From Eledone cirrhosa (taxonomy: Eukaryota): a DNA stretch of 64,000 nucleotides. Below the pieces are notes generated by a model. That model was not told the origin of the DNA. It did not search any database and saw only the letters and a list, made by a program, of their open reading frames with translations. The stretch's first letter is position 1. Each line of letters opens with the position of its first letter. Below, piece by piece: positions 12,363 through 24,897 of the stretch. The DNA lies in the NCBI GenBank assembly GCA_964016885.1, contig OZ024740.1:141856001-141920000 (forward strand). The letters are read 5' to 3'. The position numbers and the translations under genes are program-made.

Positions 12363-15340
12363 TCGGTTGACATCCTAAAGATTCGGTTGACATCCTAAAT
12401 TTAGTGGAAGATGAGTTGAACAATGATAGTGGGAGACCTATGAACCTAAGATTTGTAGACAGGAAAAAGTTAAAAGAAACAACAGCTAAGGTAAACAAAG
12501 TCATCCCATACCTTGAGGCGAGGAGTCTTCACCAGTGCAACAATATCCTCAAAGCAACAGCAAATACGGTGAGGAAACTACTTGGTATAAAAGCGAGAGG
12601 AAACAACAGACAAGAAAGAGCAGAGCCGTGGTGGAAGAAGCGACTGAGTGGGCAAATCGGGGAAATGAGAAATGACATAGGAAAGCTTGAGTCACTACTG
12701 AATGGGACACTAAAAAACATAGGCACTAAAAATAGACTGGAAATAAAATACAAAACTAGGAGTAAAAAGCTAAATATTATCATAGAGGAATTGAAGCAAC
12801 GCATTGTAGCAAAGAGTGCCAAAATCAGGCGATACGAGAACAGAGTCAGTCAGTATAAACAGAACCGCATGTTCGACAACAACCAGAAGATGCTGTTTGG
12901 ACAGCTTGAGGGGAAAGAAAGAGGCAACGACTTGATCCCTGGGGCGGAACAAGCTAAAACATTCTGGAGAGGAATATGGGAGCAGGATGTTAGACACAAT
13001 GCCCAGGCAGGGTGGATTGAGACAGTACAGAGGGAGATCGGTGAGCAGGCACAGCAACAGACTGATTTGAGTATCACAGTTGAAACTCTTAAGGGGCAAG
13101 CCAAAAAACTAACCAACTGGAAATCACCAGGCCCAGATGGTGTGCAGGGGTATTGGATTAAACATTTAACATCCCTCCACCCGAAGCTGACGGCCATGTT
13201 CAATGACTGCTTGGTGTCGGGTGAGGTGCCAGAGTGGTTGACAAAAGGTACCACAGTTCTGATAATGAAAGACCGAATCAAGGGTAATGATGTTACCAAC
13301 TATAGACCTATCACATGTCTGCCCGTAATGTGGAAACTGTTGACGAGCATTGTGTCTGAGGAAATCTACCATCACCTCCACACAAACAACTTGTTGCCGG
13401 ACGAACAGAAAGGATGCCGAAAGAAGTCACGTGGTACAAAGGACCAGTTGCTTATTGATAAGATGGTAATGGGGAATTGCAGGAGGAGACACACTGATCT
13501 TGCCATGGGATGGATAGACTACAGAAAGGCATTTGACATGGTGCCTCATTCCTGGATCACCAAAAGCCTGGAGATCTTCAGGGTGGCAGATAACATCAGA
13601 CAGTTGCTGGGCAGGAGTATGGGGTCATGGGAGACAGAGTTGACATCAACTGGAGTATCCTTGGGAAGCGTGAAGATCAAGAGAGGTATCTTCCAGGGAG
13701 ATAGCCTGTCCCCTCTGTTGTTTGTCCTTGCCCTGATGCCCTTGACCATTATGCTGCGAAAAGTGAGAGCAGGATACAAGTTGGGAAGGGGAGAGCTTAC
13801 CATCAATCACCTCCTCTTCATGGACGATCTTAAGCTCTTCGGGAAAAGTGAGAAGGAGTTGGATGTGCTTGTTGACACTGTCCGTATTTTCAGCAGTGAT
13901 ATATGTATGCAGTTTGGTATTGGTAAATGTGGAGTCATTGTGATGAGGAGGGGTAGGTTGAGCAGAAGTAACGGGATCCAGATACCAACAGGTGAGATGA
14001 TAAAGGAAATTGACTCTGAGGAAGGATACAAGTATTTGTGCGTTCTGGAGGCTGATGGCATAAAGAACAAAAAAATGAAGGAATTGTTAAGAACTGAATA
14101 CATTCGGAGAGTAAGGAGCGTATTGAAGTCACATCTGAACAGCAGAAATGCCATAAGCGCAGTAAATTCCCGAGCTGTGTCTATTATTAGGTACAGTGCG
14201 GGAATTCTGAGATGGAATGTTGCTGAACAAAAAGAAATGGATAGGAAGACTAGGAAGCTATTGACTATCTACAACATGTTCCACAAGAGGAGTGATGTCG
14301 ATAGACTCTACCTAAGGAGATCTGAGGGTGGAAGAGGTCTTATCAGCATAGAGGACTGTGTTCAGATGGAGAAAAACAACCTATACAAATACGTGACCTA
14401 TAGTAAGGAGCCAATGCTCAGAGCTGTACTGAAGGAGGGGACAGTAGGCCAGGGGATATCCAAGGAGGAAATAACATCAAGGAGGAAGAGCAGCCTTAAG
14501 GGAAAATCCCTTCATAGTACCTTCTTTGAGAAAACTGAATTTAGAGATCCACAGACATGGAACTGGTTGAGAAGAGGAGACCTCAAAAAGGCTACAGAAG
14601 GAATGCTAATGGCTGCGCAGGAGCAGGCCCTCAAAACGAAGTGGTTGAAGCACCATATCTACAAGGAGGAGGCTAGCCCACTGTGCAGGATCTGTGGAGA
14701 GAGAGAGGAGACTGTGGCTCACATTGTGTCCGAGTGTAAACACCTAGCCCAGACCCACTATAAGGGCTGGAGACACGATGTGATGGGCAGGGTGATCCAC
14801 TGGCACCTGTGCAAAGTAAACAATCTACCACATTCTGAGAAATGGTATGAGCATAGGCCAGAGGCGGTGATGGAGAACAGTCAGGTGAAGGTGCTGTGGG
14901 ATTTTAGGATACAGACGGACAAAAAACTGGAACACAATAGACCTGACCTGGTGGTTGTGGACAAAGAAAAAAGATCGTGCCTGATTGTGGATGTGGCCTG
15001 CCCGTTCGACACGAGAGTGCAAGAGAAGGAGAGGGAGAAAATTAACCGATACCAGGACCTAAAGTGGGAGGTGAAAAGGATTTGGAACTGCCATGAAGTC
15101 AAAGTGATCCCGATTGTCATAGGCGCACTGGGGACTATCTCCAAAGGTTTCCAGGGATGGTTAAAGAAAATCGGCCCCTTCACGCTTTTTGGAACGCTTC
15201 AAAAGGCATGCTTGCTTGGAACGGCAAGAACCCTCCGATACGTCCTGAATATCTGAGGCTGCAGGTAGTGGCTTGATATTCAATCTAACGGACTTTCCAG
15301 TTAACCAACATCAATGACTGAGATTCAAGGAATAACAATA
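12361..15340 (+). mobile_element. 5'-truncated RLE LINE family A (R4/Dong-like), young copy
   Basis: Uninterrupted 950-aa ORF and short 3'UTR; (TAA)n on both sides. Confidence 0.95.
12404..15256 (+). CDS. Non-LTR polyprotein: RT + CCHC zinc knuckle + restriction-like endonuclease (N-terminus probably missing)
   Basis: KSPGPDG, NYRPITCL, IDYRKAFDMV, GIFQGDSLSP, LFMDD, CRICGEREETVAHIVSEC, RHD, RPDLVVVD..IVDVACP..K..RY. Confidence 0.93.
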   Translation: MEDELNNDSGRPMNLRFVDRKKLKETTAKVNKVIPYLEARSLHQCNNILKATANTVRKLLGIKARGNNRQERAEPWWKKRLSGQIGEMRNDIGKLESLLNGTLKNIGTKNRLEIKYKTRSKKLNIIIEELKQRIVAKSAKIRRYENRVSQYKQNRMFDNNQKMLFGQLEGKERGNDLIPGAEQAKTFWRGIWEQDVRHNAQAGWIETVQREIGEQAQQQTDLSITVETLKGQAKKLTNWKSPGPDGVQGYWIKHLTSLHPKLTAMFNDCLVSGEVPEWLTKGTTVLIMKDRIKGNDVTNYRPITCLPVMWKLLTSIVSEEIYHHLHTNNLLPDEQKGCRKKSRGTKDQLLIDKMVMGNCRRRHTDLAMGWIDYRKAFDMVPHSWITKSLEIFRVADNIRQLLGRSMGSWETELTSTGVSLGSVKIKRGIFQGDSLSPLLFVLALMPLTIMLRKVRAGYKLGRGELTINHLLFMDDLKLFGKSEKELDVLVDTVRIFSSDICMQFGIGKCGVIVMRRGRLSRSNGIQIPTGEMIKEIDSEEGYKYLCVLEADGIKNKKMKELLRTEYIRRVRSVLKSHLNSRNAISAVNSRAVSIIRYSAGILRWNVAEQKEMDRKTRKLLTIYNMFHKRSDVDRLYLRRSEGGRGLISIEDCVQMEKNNLYKYVTYSKEPMLRAVLKEGTVGQGISKEEITSRRKSSLKGKSLHSTFFEKTEFRDPQTWNWLRRGDLKKATEGMLMAAQEQALKTKWLKHHIYKEEASPLCRICGEREETVAHIVSECKHLAQTHYKGWRHDVMGRVIHWHLCKVNNLPHSEKWYEHRPEAVMENSQVKVLWDFRIQTDKKLEHNRPDLVVVDKEKRSCLIVDVACPFDTRVQEKEREKINRYQDLKWEVKRIWNCHEVKVIPIVIGALGTISKGFQGWLKKIGPFTLFGTLQKACLLGTARTLRYVLNI

Positions 15341-15366
15341 ACAACAATAATAATAATAATAATAAT

Positions 15367-15801
15367 GATTTCTTTATTAACCACAAGGGTTTACATAAAG
15401 TAGACATTAAGGACAGTGCAGGTCAATACAGGACGGTACAAATGGGCATTTCTGCGTGTAAAAACAAAAACAGAGGATGTAACAAAAAAATAACAATGAA
15501 AAATTCCCCAATAGAGGGGGGACTTCGGAGAAAGCCCAGTAAAATGCCACAGTGACCCTGACCACCAAGGCAAGTGCCCTCTCCCAGTTTTCCATCTTTA
15601 ATTTACAGACACATACTCAGAGTAGGCCCATTCACTTGGGTCATTCTTGCCTCTCTCACCCATCTTTCAACAAAATGCTGGGAAGAGAGCACCTCCCTCT
15701 CTACACTGATTTTCCTTTGCAAATGAAATTTGAAAAAGTCAATCAGGGCATCACCGAAGAGGTAAGTGCTCGTCTTCAGCCCTTTCAAACATGTCCACCA
15801 T
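15367..15801 (-). mobile_element. Tx1-like 3' fragment
   Basis: FFKFHLQRKISVEREVL..FVERWV is homologous to 5409-5600; same 3' end; (TAA)n flanks. Confidence 0.88.
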
Positions 15802-15825
15802 ACTAATAATAATAATAATAATAAT

Positions 15826-15893
15826 TGTTTCTACTTTTGGCACAAGGCCAGTAATTACCCAGTGTATTACTGGTACTTTATTTTATCGACCCC
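15826..15893 (-). mobile_element. SINE 3' fragment in (TAA)n
   Basis: Minus GGGGTCGATAAAATAAAGTACCAGT..CACTGGG..GGCCTTGTGCC..GAAAC resembles cephalopod SINE 3' ends (recognition). Confidence 0.5.
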
Positions 15894-15925
<32 letters not shown>

Positions 15926-15977
15926 GATTTCATTTATTGGTCACATGGGCCGACATGTAGGGGACAATAATAATAAT

Positions 15978-16022
<45 letters not shown>

Positions 16023-16100
16023 AACAATTTCATTTTATTTGCCTGCAGGGATGTCGAATCAAGGGTACATTACAAAGACAGGTTACATAAAGTGTGGACC
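15926..16100 (-). mobile_element. Two further Tx1-like 3' tips separated by (TAA)/(CAA)n
   Basis: 15926-15965 is almost identical to 11194-11233; ~16027-16090 is a diverged version. Confidence 0.6.
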
Positions 16101-16549
16101 ATTACATAAAAATAGATTGAAAAAGAAATGATGATGATAATGAAAGAAAAAAAACCGTCCTATTGTAGACAGTATCTCACAGCTACCGCCATATTTCCAT
16201 ATATTCTTTGCAACTAGCAACGGATAAAAATATCAAACGTGAAGGGCTGAAATTAATTAGAGCAGTATTTATTGTTCGTATTTAGTGATGCGGTGCACGT
16301 CTGGACGCCAAACTTACGCTTTCTAAATTGGGTTATTATTGTGGCGATATATACACAATTTTGGGGGTTTTGGTTTGACTTTTGTTATTTTTTCTAGTTT
16401 TTTTTTTGATTCTGTGGCTGCCATGACTTTTGGTTTTACTTTTGTTTTCTGTTGTTTTTTTAATTTTTTTTATTAACTGTTTGATTCCTTTACCACGTGG
16501 GGATGAGAAGGGGATTGCTTCTTTTCGAGCATTTTATTGTGGGATGTTA

Positions 16550-16603
16550 GCTATTATCATCATCATTATCATCATCATAATCATCATCATAATCATCGTC
16601 ATA

Positions 16604-16666
<63 letters not shown>

Positions 16667-17330
16667 GTGGTTGTTGCTGCTTTTGCTGCTACACCTCTTC
16701 ATAATTTTGTTTTAGTTTTAGAACAACAACAACAACAACAAAAAATCTATATAGCAAACACATAAATGTGTTTAGAATAAAAAAATATGATTAAACTTTT
16801 AAAAAATCCTTCCTAAGAACTCACGTGACTATGTCTCCCTCACTCCTTTTCGTGCTGTCTGTTCCATTCTTCATCTCCAAATGAAGCATGACATTGGTGA
16901 GGATAACGTCAGGAAAATGTCAAAATGTTGCTGGTCCGTTGTTGCAGCTGTCGCTTTCGTGGTGGTTGTTGAGGTTGTTATTGTGGTAATTATTCTTGTT
17001 GATGTTGTTGGTATCGTTGTGGTTGCTGTGGTCGTTGTTGCGGTCGCTGTTGTTGTTGTCGTCCTTGTTGTTGTCTCTGTTGAATTTGTTGTTGGTGTTG
17101 TTGCTGTCGTTGTTGAATTTGTTGTTGGTGTTGCTGCTATCATTGTTGTTGTAGCTGTTACCGTCGTTGTTGTTGTAGTTGTTGCTGTCGTTGAGGTTGG
17201 TGTTGTAGGTGTTGCTGCTGTCATTGTTGTTGTAGCTGTTCCTGCCATTGTTGTTGTTGTTTCAGTTGATGCTGTCGTTGTTGTAGTTGTCATTGTTAAT
17301 GTTGCTGCCGTTGTTGTTTTGGTTATCGTC
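16550..17330. repeat. (CAT)/(CTA)/(GTT) triplet low-complexity tracts
   Basis: Direct inspection. Confidence 0.85.
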
Positions 17331-17439
17331 CTCTTCTTTATTATTATTGTCGGTTTTCGTCGTTATTGTTTTTTTTCTCAGGAAAATTTACCGCGAAACA
17401 AGTATAACATGGCTGGCCTTTTGAATTAGCGGTACAACT

Positions 17440-17569
17440 AATTTCATTTCAGCTAATTGTACCGCAACAGCGTGAAATAAAGTATCTTGCCGAAAGACAC
17501 ATTAAGCCACCGCAAATCAAACTTACGTCCATACGACCGTGAACTGAGCACCCTAATCACTAGGCCATG
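17440..17569 (-). mobile_element. Degraded tRNA-derived SINE head
   Basis: Minus CATGGCCTAGTGATTAGGGTG (A-box-like)...GTTTGATT (B-box-like)...GGCAAGATACTTTATTTCAC. Confidence 0.55.
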
Positions 17570-17578
17570 TAACTTTAC

Positions 17579-17759
17579 CAGCAAATATTGTAGCTGGTCT
17601 GTTACTTCGGGTTATTGGACGTTTGATCATTAAACTAACTACTTCAGCACAAATCTTAAGAAACTCAGCCGCAAAAATCAGAAAAGACGCAGCTAAGGTA
17701 ATTACGATTATAAATATTTTAACAGTGTTAAAATATCTATAATGTTCCGGAAATCTAAC
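17579..17759 (-). CDS. Candidate host-gene exon encoding a transmembrane segment
   Basis: tacag|GTT...GCTG|gtaaag; 181 nt open: VRFPEHYRYFNTVKIFIIVITLAASFLIFAAEFLKICAEVVSLMIKRPITRSNRPATIFA(G). Confidence 0.3.
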
Positions 17760-17988
17760 CTGTAGTATGTACATATGCACACATATATATACACATAAGA
17801 CGAAATAAACACATCTACGCATGAAATGACACACATACCAGCACACACACACACACACGCACACGCGCACATACAAACATGCATACATACATACACACAT
17901 ACATACATACACACATGCATACATACACACTTACATACATATATACATACAGACATACATACATACATACATCCATCCATCCATACAT

Positions 17989-18330
17989 GATGGCTGCCCC
18001 CTTGTTATCGAGTATGGCCATTGCACGTTATACTTTTATTAATAATTATTAATTAATTCTATCGTGCAATGCCTGTGCATGAAGATATTTTTTAAAGTGA
18101 GGAAAGACTGTGCACTGAGCCAATCCCACTCTCTGAGCAACAGTAGCTATAACCCGAAAAGAAGAAAAGATCAACATCATCGGTAACTACTGAGCCGCAG
18201 GTTTTATATCGGAGTTATCCCAGTTTCCTGAGTTGCCTACTAGAAGAATGCCCTGACAAAGGCTAGGGTCCTTCACTCCCAGTGGTTTAACCGCGCGATC
18301 GGGTGTCCAGCCATACCTTTTCTATGTCCC
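17989..18330 (-). mobile_element. RTE-related short non-autonomous element ending in stem-loop + (TATG)n
   Basis: 3' end TGGCCATACTCGATAACAAGGGGGCAGCCATC-(ATGT)n is shared with 18540-18580, 20863-20903 and 54398-54431; upstream part is RTE-5'UTR-like. Confidence 0.45.
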
Positions 18331-18675
18331 CGCGCATATACATACACATGCACCCATGTATATACACATATACATATACATATACATATACATACACATG
18401 TACATGTGTATATACATAATTACACACTTTTGGATGGCCGTTGACTCTTATGAGTTTTTCCGCCCTTCTATCTATCCATACATACATACATACATACATA
18501 CATACATACATACATACATACATACATACATACATACATGATGGCTGCCCCCTCGTTATCGAGTATGGCCATTGCACGAGAAAAAAAAAAAAAAATAATA
18601 ATAATAATAATAAAAATAATAATAAATAAATAAAAAAAAATAATAATAATAATAATAACATTTTTTTAAAAATTA

Positions 18676-18828
18676 TCTGAGACGAGGCTAGCTGGAGATG
18701 GTCATCTTACGGAATTTTGTGGAGAATATACATTCTTCTGGAAAGGAAGAGATGAAGGAACCAGAAGAGAGGCTGGGGTAGGAGTGGCTGTTAAGACTGT
18801 GCTTGTGAACAAATTAGAAGAATTCCCA
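18676..18828 (+). mobile_element. RTE APE endonuclease fragment
   Basis: SETRLAGDGHLTE..YTFFWKGR...REAGVGVAVK. Confidence 0.75.
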
Positions 18829-18859
18829 TACATACATACATACATACATTTAACGTAAT

Positions 18860-19200
18860 ATGGCCAAATAGTTCAGAAGTTAGCTTCGCTTTGTTAAGGT
18901 TCTGGGTTTGATACCACTGCGAGGCATTAGATCAGGTATCATTTTTCTTAGCCTCTGGGTTTTCCAAGTTAGCTGATGAAAAATGAGTGGATAGAAACTG
19001 GTCAGAACCACGTCGGGTAGAGTGCACCTGTAGTTCAAAAGGCCACCATTATTACACACTCTGTTAGAGTGGAAATTCTTACCTTAAGGGCATAGATATC
19101 TGGAAAATGCTCAGCTACCTGCACATTAATTTTACAAGCAGGCTGTTCCATTGATCGAATAACTGACACACTCATCGTGGAAACTGACAGAAGCCCATTT
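18860..19200 (+). mobile_element. Degraded SINE remnant(s)
   Basis: GGTTCTGGGTTTGATACCACTGCG (B-box-like) and GCAGGCTGTTCCATTGATCG..AACTG segments (recognition). Confidence 0.4.
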
Positions 19201-19410
19201 ACAGTTTTTACATATATATATACATATGTTCGTACATACGTACATGCACACATACGTACATGCACACATACGTACATGCACACATACGTACATGCACACA
19301 TACGTACATGCACACATACGTACATGAACACATACATATATACATAGATATACATACAGAAGGACAACACATACACATATATTCATATAAACATTCATAG
19401 ATCAATACGT

Positions 19411-19625
19411 ACATACATGGTGATTGCTTCATCTTTGCAGATGATTGCCGTCTTCCTATTCACCCCCAACAACCGACACCAACTTTAAACGCCCGTTCAT
19501 GGCCTCTTAGGTAGCTTTTAGGTCCAGCTGCAGATTTGCACGATCTGCAGCAAATGTGACAGACATTGGATTGATTGAGTTAGTTAGTGGGATGTCAGTT
19601 TGTGGGATGTCATACTTATGTACCC
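19411..19625 (-). mobile_element. RTE 3' fragment with C2H2-like finger
   Basis: Minus VCHICCRSCKSAAGPKSYLRGH; ends ...ATCACC-ATGTATGT. Confidence 0.7.
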
Positions 19626-19735
19626 TCGTACTCCTTTTAAGACGGTATATACATACATAGACACACATACACAGACATACACATATATTTATACATACGT
19701 ACGTACACATGTACATACATATATACTTATATACA

Positions 19736-19769
<34 letters not shown>

Positions 19770-20184
19770 CATACATACGTACATACATACGTACATACAT
19801 ATATACATACATAGACACACATACACAGACATACACATATATTTATCAATACGTACGTACACATGTACATACATATATACTTATATACATACATACATAC
19901 ATACATATATACATACATACATATATACATATATACATACATAGACACACATACACATACATACACACATACAAACACATATTTATACATACGTACGTAC
20001 ACATGTACATACATATATACTTATATACATACATACATACATACATACTTACATACATACATACATATATACATACATACGCACATACATATATACATAC
20101 ATAGACACACATATACATACATACACACATACAAACACATATTTATACATACGTACGTACACATGTACATACATATATACTTAT

Positions 20185-20215
<31 letters not shown>

Positions 20216-20329
20216 CATACATACGTACATACATATATACATACATAGACACACATACACATACATACACACATACAAACCCATATTTATACATACGTAC
20301 GTACACATGTACATACATATATACTTATA

Positions 20330-20363
<34 letters not shown>

Positions 20364-20481
20364 CATACATACGTACATACATATATACATACATAGACAC
20401 ACATATACATACATACACACATACAAACACATATTTATACGTACGTACGTACACATGTACATACATATATACTTATATACA

Positions 20482-20515
<34 letters not shown>

Positions 20516-20860
20516 CATACATACGTACATACATATATACATACATAGACACACATACACATACATACACACATACAAACACATATTTATACATACGTAC
20601 GTACACATGTACATACATATATACTTATATACATACATACATACATACATACATACATACATACATACATACATACATACATACATACATACATACATAC
20701 ATACATACATACATACGTACATACATAAATACATACATAGACACGCATACACATACATACACACATACAAACACATATTTATACATACGTACGTACACAT
20801 GCACATACATATATACTTATATACATATATACATATATACATACATATATGCATACATAT
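19626..20860. repeat. (CATA)-derived minisatellite, ~8 units of ~140-190 bp
   Basis: Landmark ACGTACGTACACATGTACATACATATATACTTATATAC recurs at ~19697, 19851, 19991, 20151, 20296, 20443, 20595 and 20787. Confidence 0.85.
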
Positions 20861-21184
20861 ATGATGGCTGCTCCCTCGTTATCGAGTATAGCCACTGCAC
20901 GAGGAGAAAAAAATATATATATATATACATACATATATACATACATATATACATACATATATACATACATACATACATATATACATACATATATACGTAC
21001 ATACATATATACATACATAGACACACATACACAAACATACGCACAGAGAAACACATATCCATACCTACGTACATACACACGTATATACAAACGTAGATAC
21101 ATACATACATGCATACATACATACATACATACATACATACATACATACATACATACATACATACATACATACATACATACATAC

Positions 21185-21357
21185 AAGCGCAGCTCCCTAA
21201 TTCATAGTCTACAAATGGCTGCGATAGCTGGCACCTTCAAAATTTGCAAAACATACTTTCGATTCAAGGGATGACAATTTCTTTTCTTTTACAATCTTGC
21301 CACCAGGAAGGTGGCCGGTCAAAAAAATATACTCGAAATTAAGAGAAAGAGATAATA
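21185..21357 (+). mobile_element. 3' tip of RLE family C inserted in (CATA)n
   Basis: SLQMAAIAGTFKICKTYFRFKG* parallels QSINGTVKICKTF (~53960-54020) and KICKTLLRFKG* (~52980-53015); CATA arrays on both sides. Confidence 0.7.
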
Positions 21358-21441
21358 TACAAACATATATACATACATACATACATACATACATACATAC
21401 ATACATACATACATACATACATACATACATACATACATACA

Positions 21442-21507
<66 letters not shown>

Positions 21508-21513
21508 CATACA

Positions 21514-21547
<34 letters not shown>

Positions 21548-21553
21548 CATACA

Positions 21554-21587
<34 letters not shown>

Positions 21588-21613
21588 CATACATACATAC
21601 ATACATACATACA

Positions 21614-21647
<34 letters not shown>

Positions 21648-21717
21648 CATACATACATACATACATATATACATATATACATACATACATACATATATAC
21701 ATACATATATACATATA

Positions 21718-21751
<34 letters not shown>

Positions 21752-22067
21752 CATATATACATATATACATGCATACATACATACATATATACATACATAC
21801 ATACATATATACATACATACATACATACATATATACATACATACATATATACATATATACATGCATATATACATACATATATACATATATACATACATCG
21901 TATTTCCCTGTCTACAGATGTTGCTGTCAAAATTCCCATAATTGAGATTTCTTTCTTACACTCTGGCATGCGTTTAATAAAAAAAAAAAAAAAAAAAGCC
22001 ATGCAAGCATGTTCATACACACGTATCCTCGCCACACACTCACACACGTACCACTGCGTGCACACAT

Positions 22068-22159
<92 letters not shown>

Positions 22160-22260
22160 CCAAAATTAAATTAAGGGTTGTATGTATTTATTTTATATAT
22201 ATATATGTCAATCTATTTCTAGTTGATATATATATATGTATACATATATATGTATACATA

Positions 22261-22350
<90 letters not shown>
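21358..22350. repeat. (CATA)n and (TA)n microsatellites
   Basis: Direct inspection. Confidence 0.95.
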
Positions 22351-22352
<2 letters not shown>

Positions 22353-22439
22353 TACATGTACATTCACACATCCATAATGATGTATATATAGACACACAGA
22401 ATATAAATATAAAATAATAATAAAGAAATCGTTATTTTG

Positions 22440-24490
22440 ATCATCCTCATCATCATCATCATCCTCATCCTCCTCCTCCTCATCATCCTCATCATCATCC
22501 TCATCCTCATCCTCATCCTCATCATCATCCTCATCATCATCATCCTCATTATTATTATTACATGTTTTTCACCCGAAAGCAGGTGACATTGACAGGAATT
22601 CATATTTTATCATCATCATTATTGACATCATCACCACTACCATCGTCATCATCAGTTTCAGCTTCCCCATCATCATATCATCATAAACCCCTACACTTCT
22701 TTCACTACCATCATCATTATAACTCCCACCACTACCACCACCACCACCACCACCACCACCACCACCACCACCACCACCACCACCACCACCACCACCACCA
22801 CCACCACCACCACCACCACCACCACCACCACCACCACCTCCACCACCACCACCACCACCACCACCACCAACACCACCACCACCACCACCACCACCACCAC
22901 CACCACCACCACCACCACCACCACCACCACCACCACCACCACCACCACCTCCACCACCACCACCACCACCAACATTACCACCATTAGCACCAACACCAAC
23001 ACCTACCACCACCTCCAACACCACCACCACCTCCAACACCACCACCACCTCCAACACCACCACCACCTCCAACACCAACATTACCACCAACATTACCACC
23101 ATTAGCACCAACACCAACACCTACCACCACCTCCAACACCACCACCACCTCCAACACCACCACCACCTCCAACACCACCACCACCTCCAACACCAACATT
23201 ACCACCATTAGCACCAACACCAACACCTACCACCACCACCACCTCCAACACCACCACCACCTCCAACACCACCTCCAACACCACCACCACCTCCAACACC
23301 AACATTACCACCATTAGCACCAACACCAACACCTACCACCACCACCACCTCCAACACCACCACCACCTCCAACACCACCTCCAACACCACCACCACCTCC
23401 AACACCAACATTACCACCATTAGCACCAACACCAACACCTACCACCAACACCACCTCCAACACCACCACCACCTCCAACACCAACATTACCACCATTAGC
23501 ACCTCCAACACCAACATTACCACCATTAGCACCAACACCAACACCTACCACCACCACCACCACCTCCAACACCACCACCACCTCCAACACCACCACCACC
23601 ACCACCACCACTCCAACACCACCACCACCTCCAACACCAACATTACCACCATTAGCACCAACACCAACACCTACCACCACCACCTCCAACACCACCACCA
23701 CCTCCAACACCACCTCCAACACCACCACCACCGCCAACACCAACATTACCACCATTAGCACCAACACCAACACCTACCACCACCACCACCTCCAACACCA
23801 ACATTACCACCATTAGCACCAACACCAACACCTACCACCACCACCACCTCCAACACCACCTCCAACACCACCACCACCTCCAACACCAACATTACCACCA
23901 TTAGCACCAACACCAACACCTACCACCACCACCACCTCCAACACCAACATTACCACCATTAGCACCAACACCAACACCTACCACCACCACCACCACCTCC
24001 AACACCGCCACCACCTCCAACACTATCACCATTACCAACACAACCACCAGCAATACCACGACCACTACTACCACCACCACCACCACCACCACCTCCAACA
24101 CTACCACCATTACCAACACGACCACCAGCACTACCACGACCACTACTACTACCACCACCACCACCACCACCACCATTACCACCACCACCAGCAGTACCAC
24201 CACCACCACCACCACCAGCTCTACCACTACCACCACCACCTTCAGCAGTACCAGCACCACCACCATCAGCTCTACCACCACCACCACCACCACCACCAGC
24301 AGTACCACCACCACCACCAGCTCTACCACCACCACCAGCAGTACCACCACCACCACCACCACCACCAGCAGTACCACCACCACCACCACCACCTCTACCA
24401 CCACCACCACCACCACCAGCAATACCACCACCACCACCGCCATCACCACCAGCAGTACCACCACCACCACCACCACCAGCAGTACCACCA
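22440..24490. repeat. (CAT/CCT)n, (CCA)n and a CCA-derived ~106-bp minisatellite (~22970-23990)
   Basis: Landmark CCACCATTAGCACCAACACCAACACCTACC recurs about 11 times, several at exact 106-nt spacing. Confidence 0.9.
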
Positions 24491-24523
24491 TCTACACACA
24501 ATTGTCTGTGTGAGATAAGGTAC

Positions 24524-24571
24524 CTGACCATAGTCTTGTATGTCTGTGACAGCCTTCGCCACTTTCCAGAG
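24524..24571 (-). CDS. Candidate 48-nt host exon (LWKVAKAVTDIQDYGQ)
   Basis: ttttcag|CTC...CAG|gtacct; phase 0-0, compatible with 17579-17759; unique island between simple repeats. Confidence 0.25.
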
Positions 24572-24897
24572 CTGAAAATCGAATTTTTTTAACTGCAGCA
24601 GATAAAATTAAAATCACTTTGTTGTAGCCATGACAACCACAGCAGCTCCACATTCTCTGAGACAGCCTGGCGTTATTTCTCTGTGATGATAGAGAAGTAT
24701 TGGTTGGCGATGTTCATAGTGATGGTGGTGGTGGTGCTGGTTGTAGTGGAGGTTGTAGTTATAGTGGTGCTGGGCTGTTGTGTTGGTGGTTGTAGTAGCG
24801 GTGTTTGTAGTTATAGTGATGCAGGATTGTAGTGTTGGTGGTCATGATAGTGATGGATGTAGTTATGGTGCTAGTTGTCCTGGGCTTTACTACTAGT

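Noticed and set aside
16871-17429. Mucin-like Thr-rich or Val-rich ORFs
   Set aside because: Degenerate (GTT)n tract; no convincing splice context or domain.
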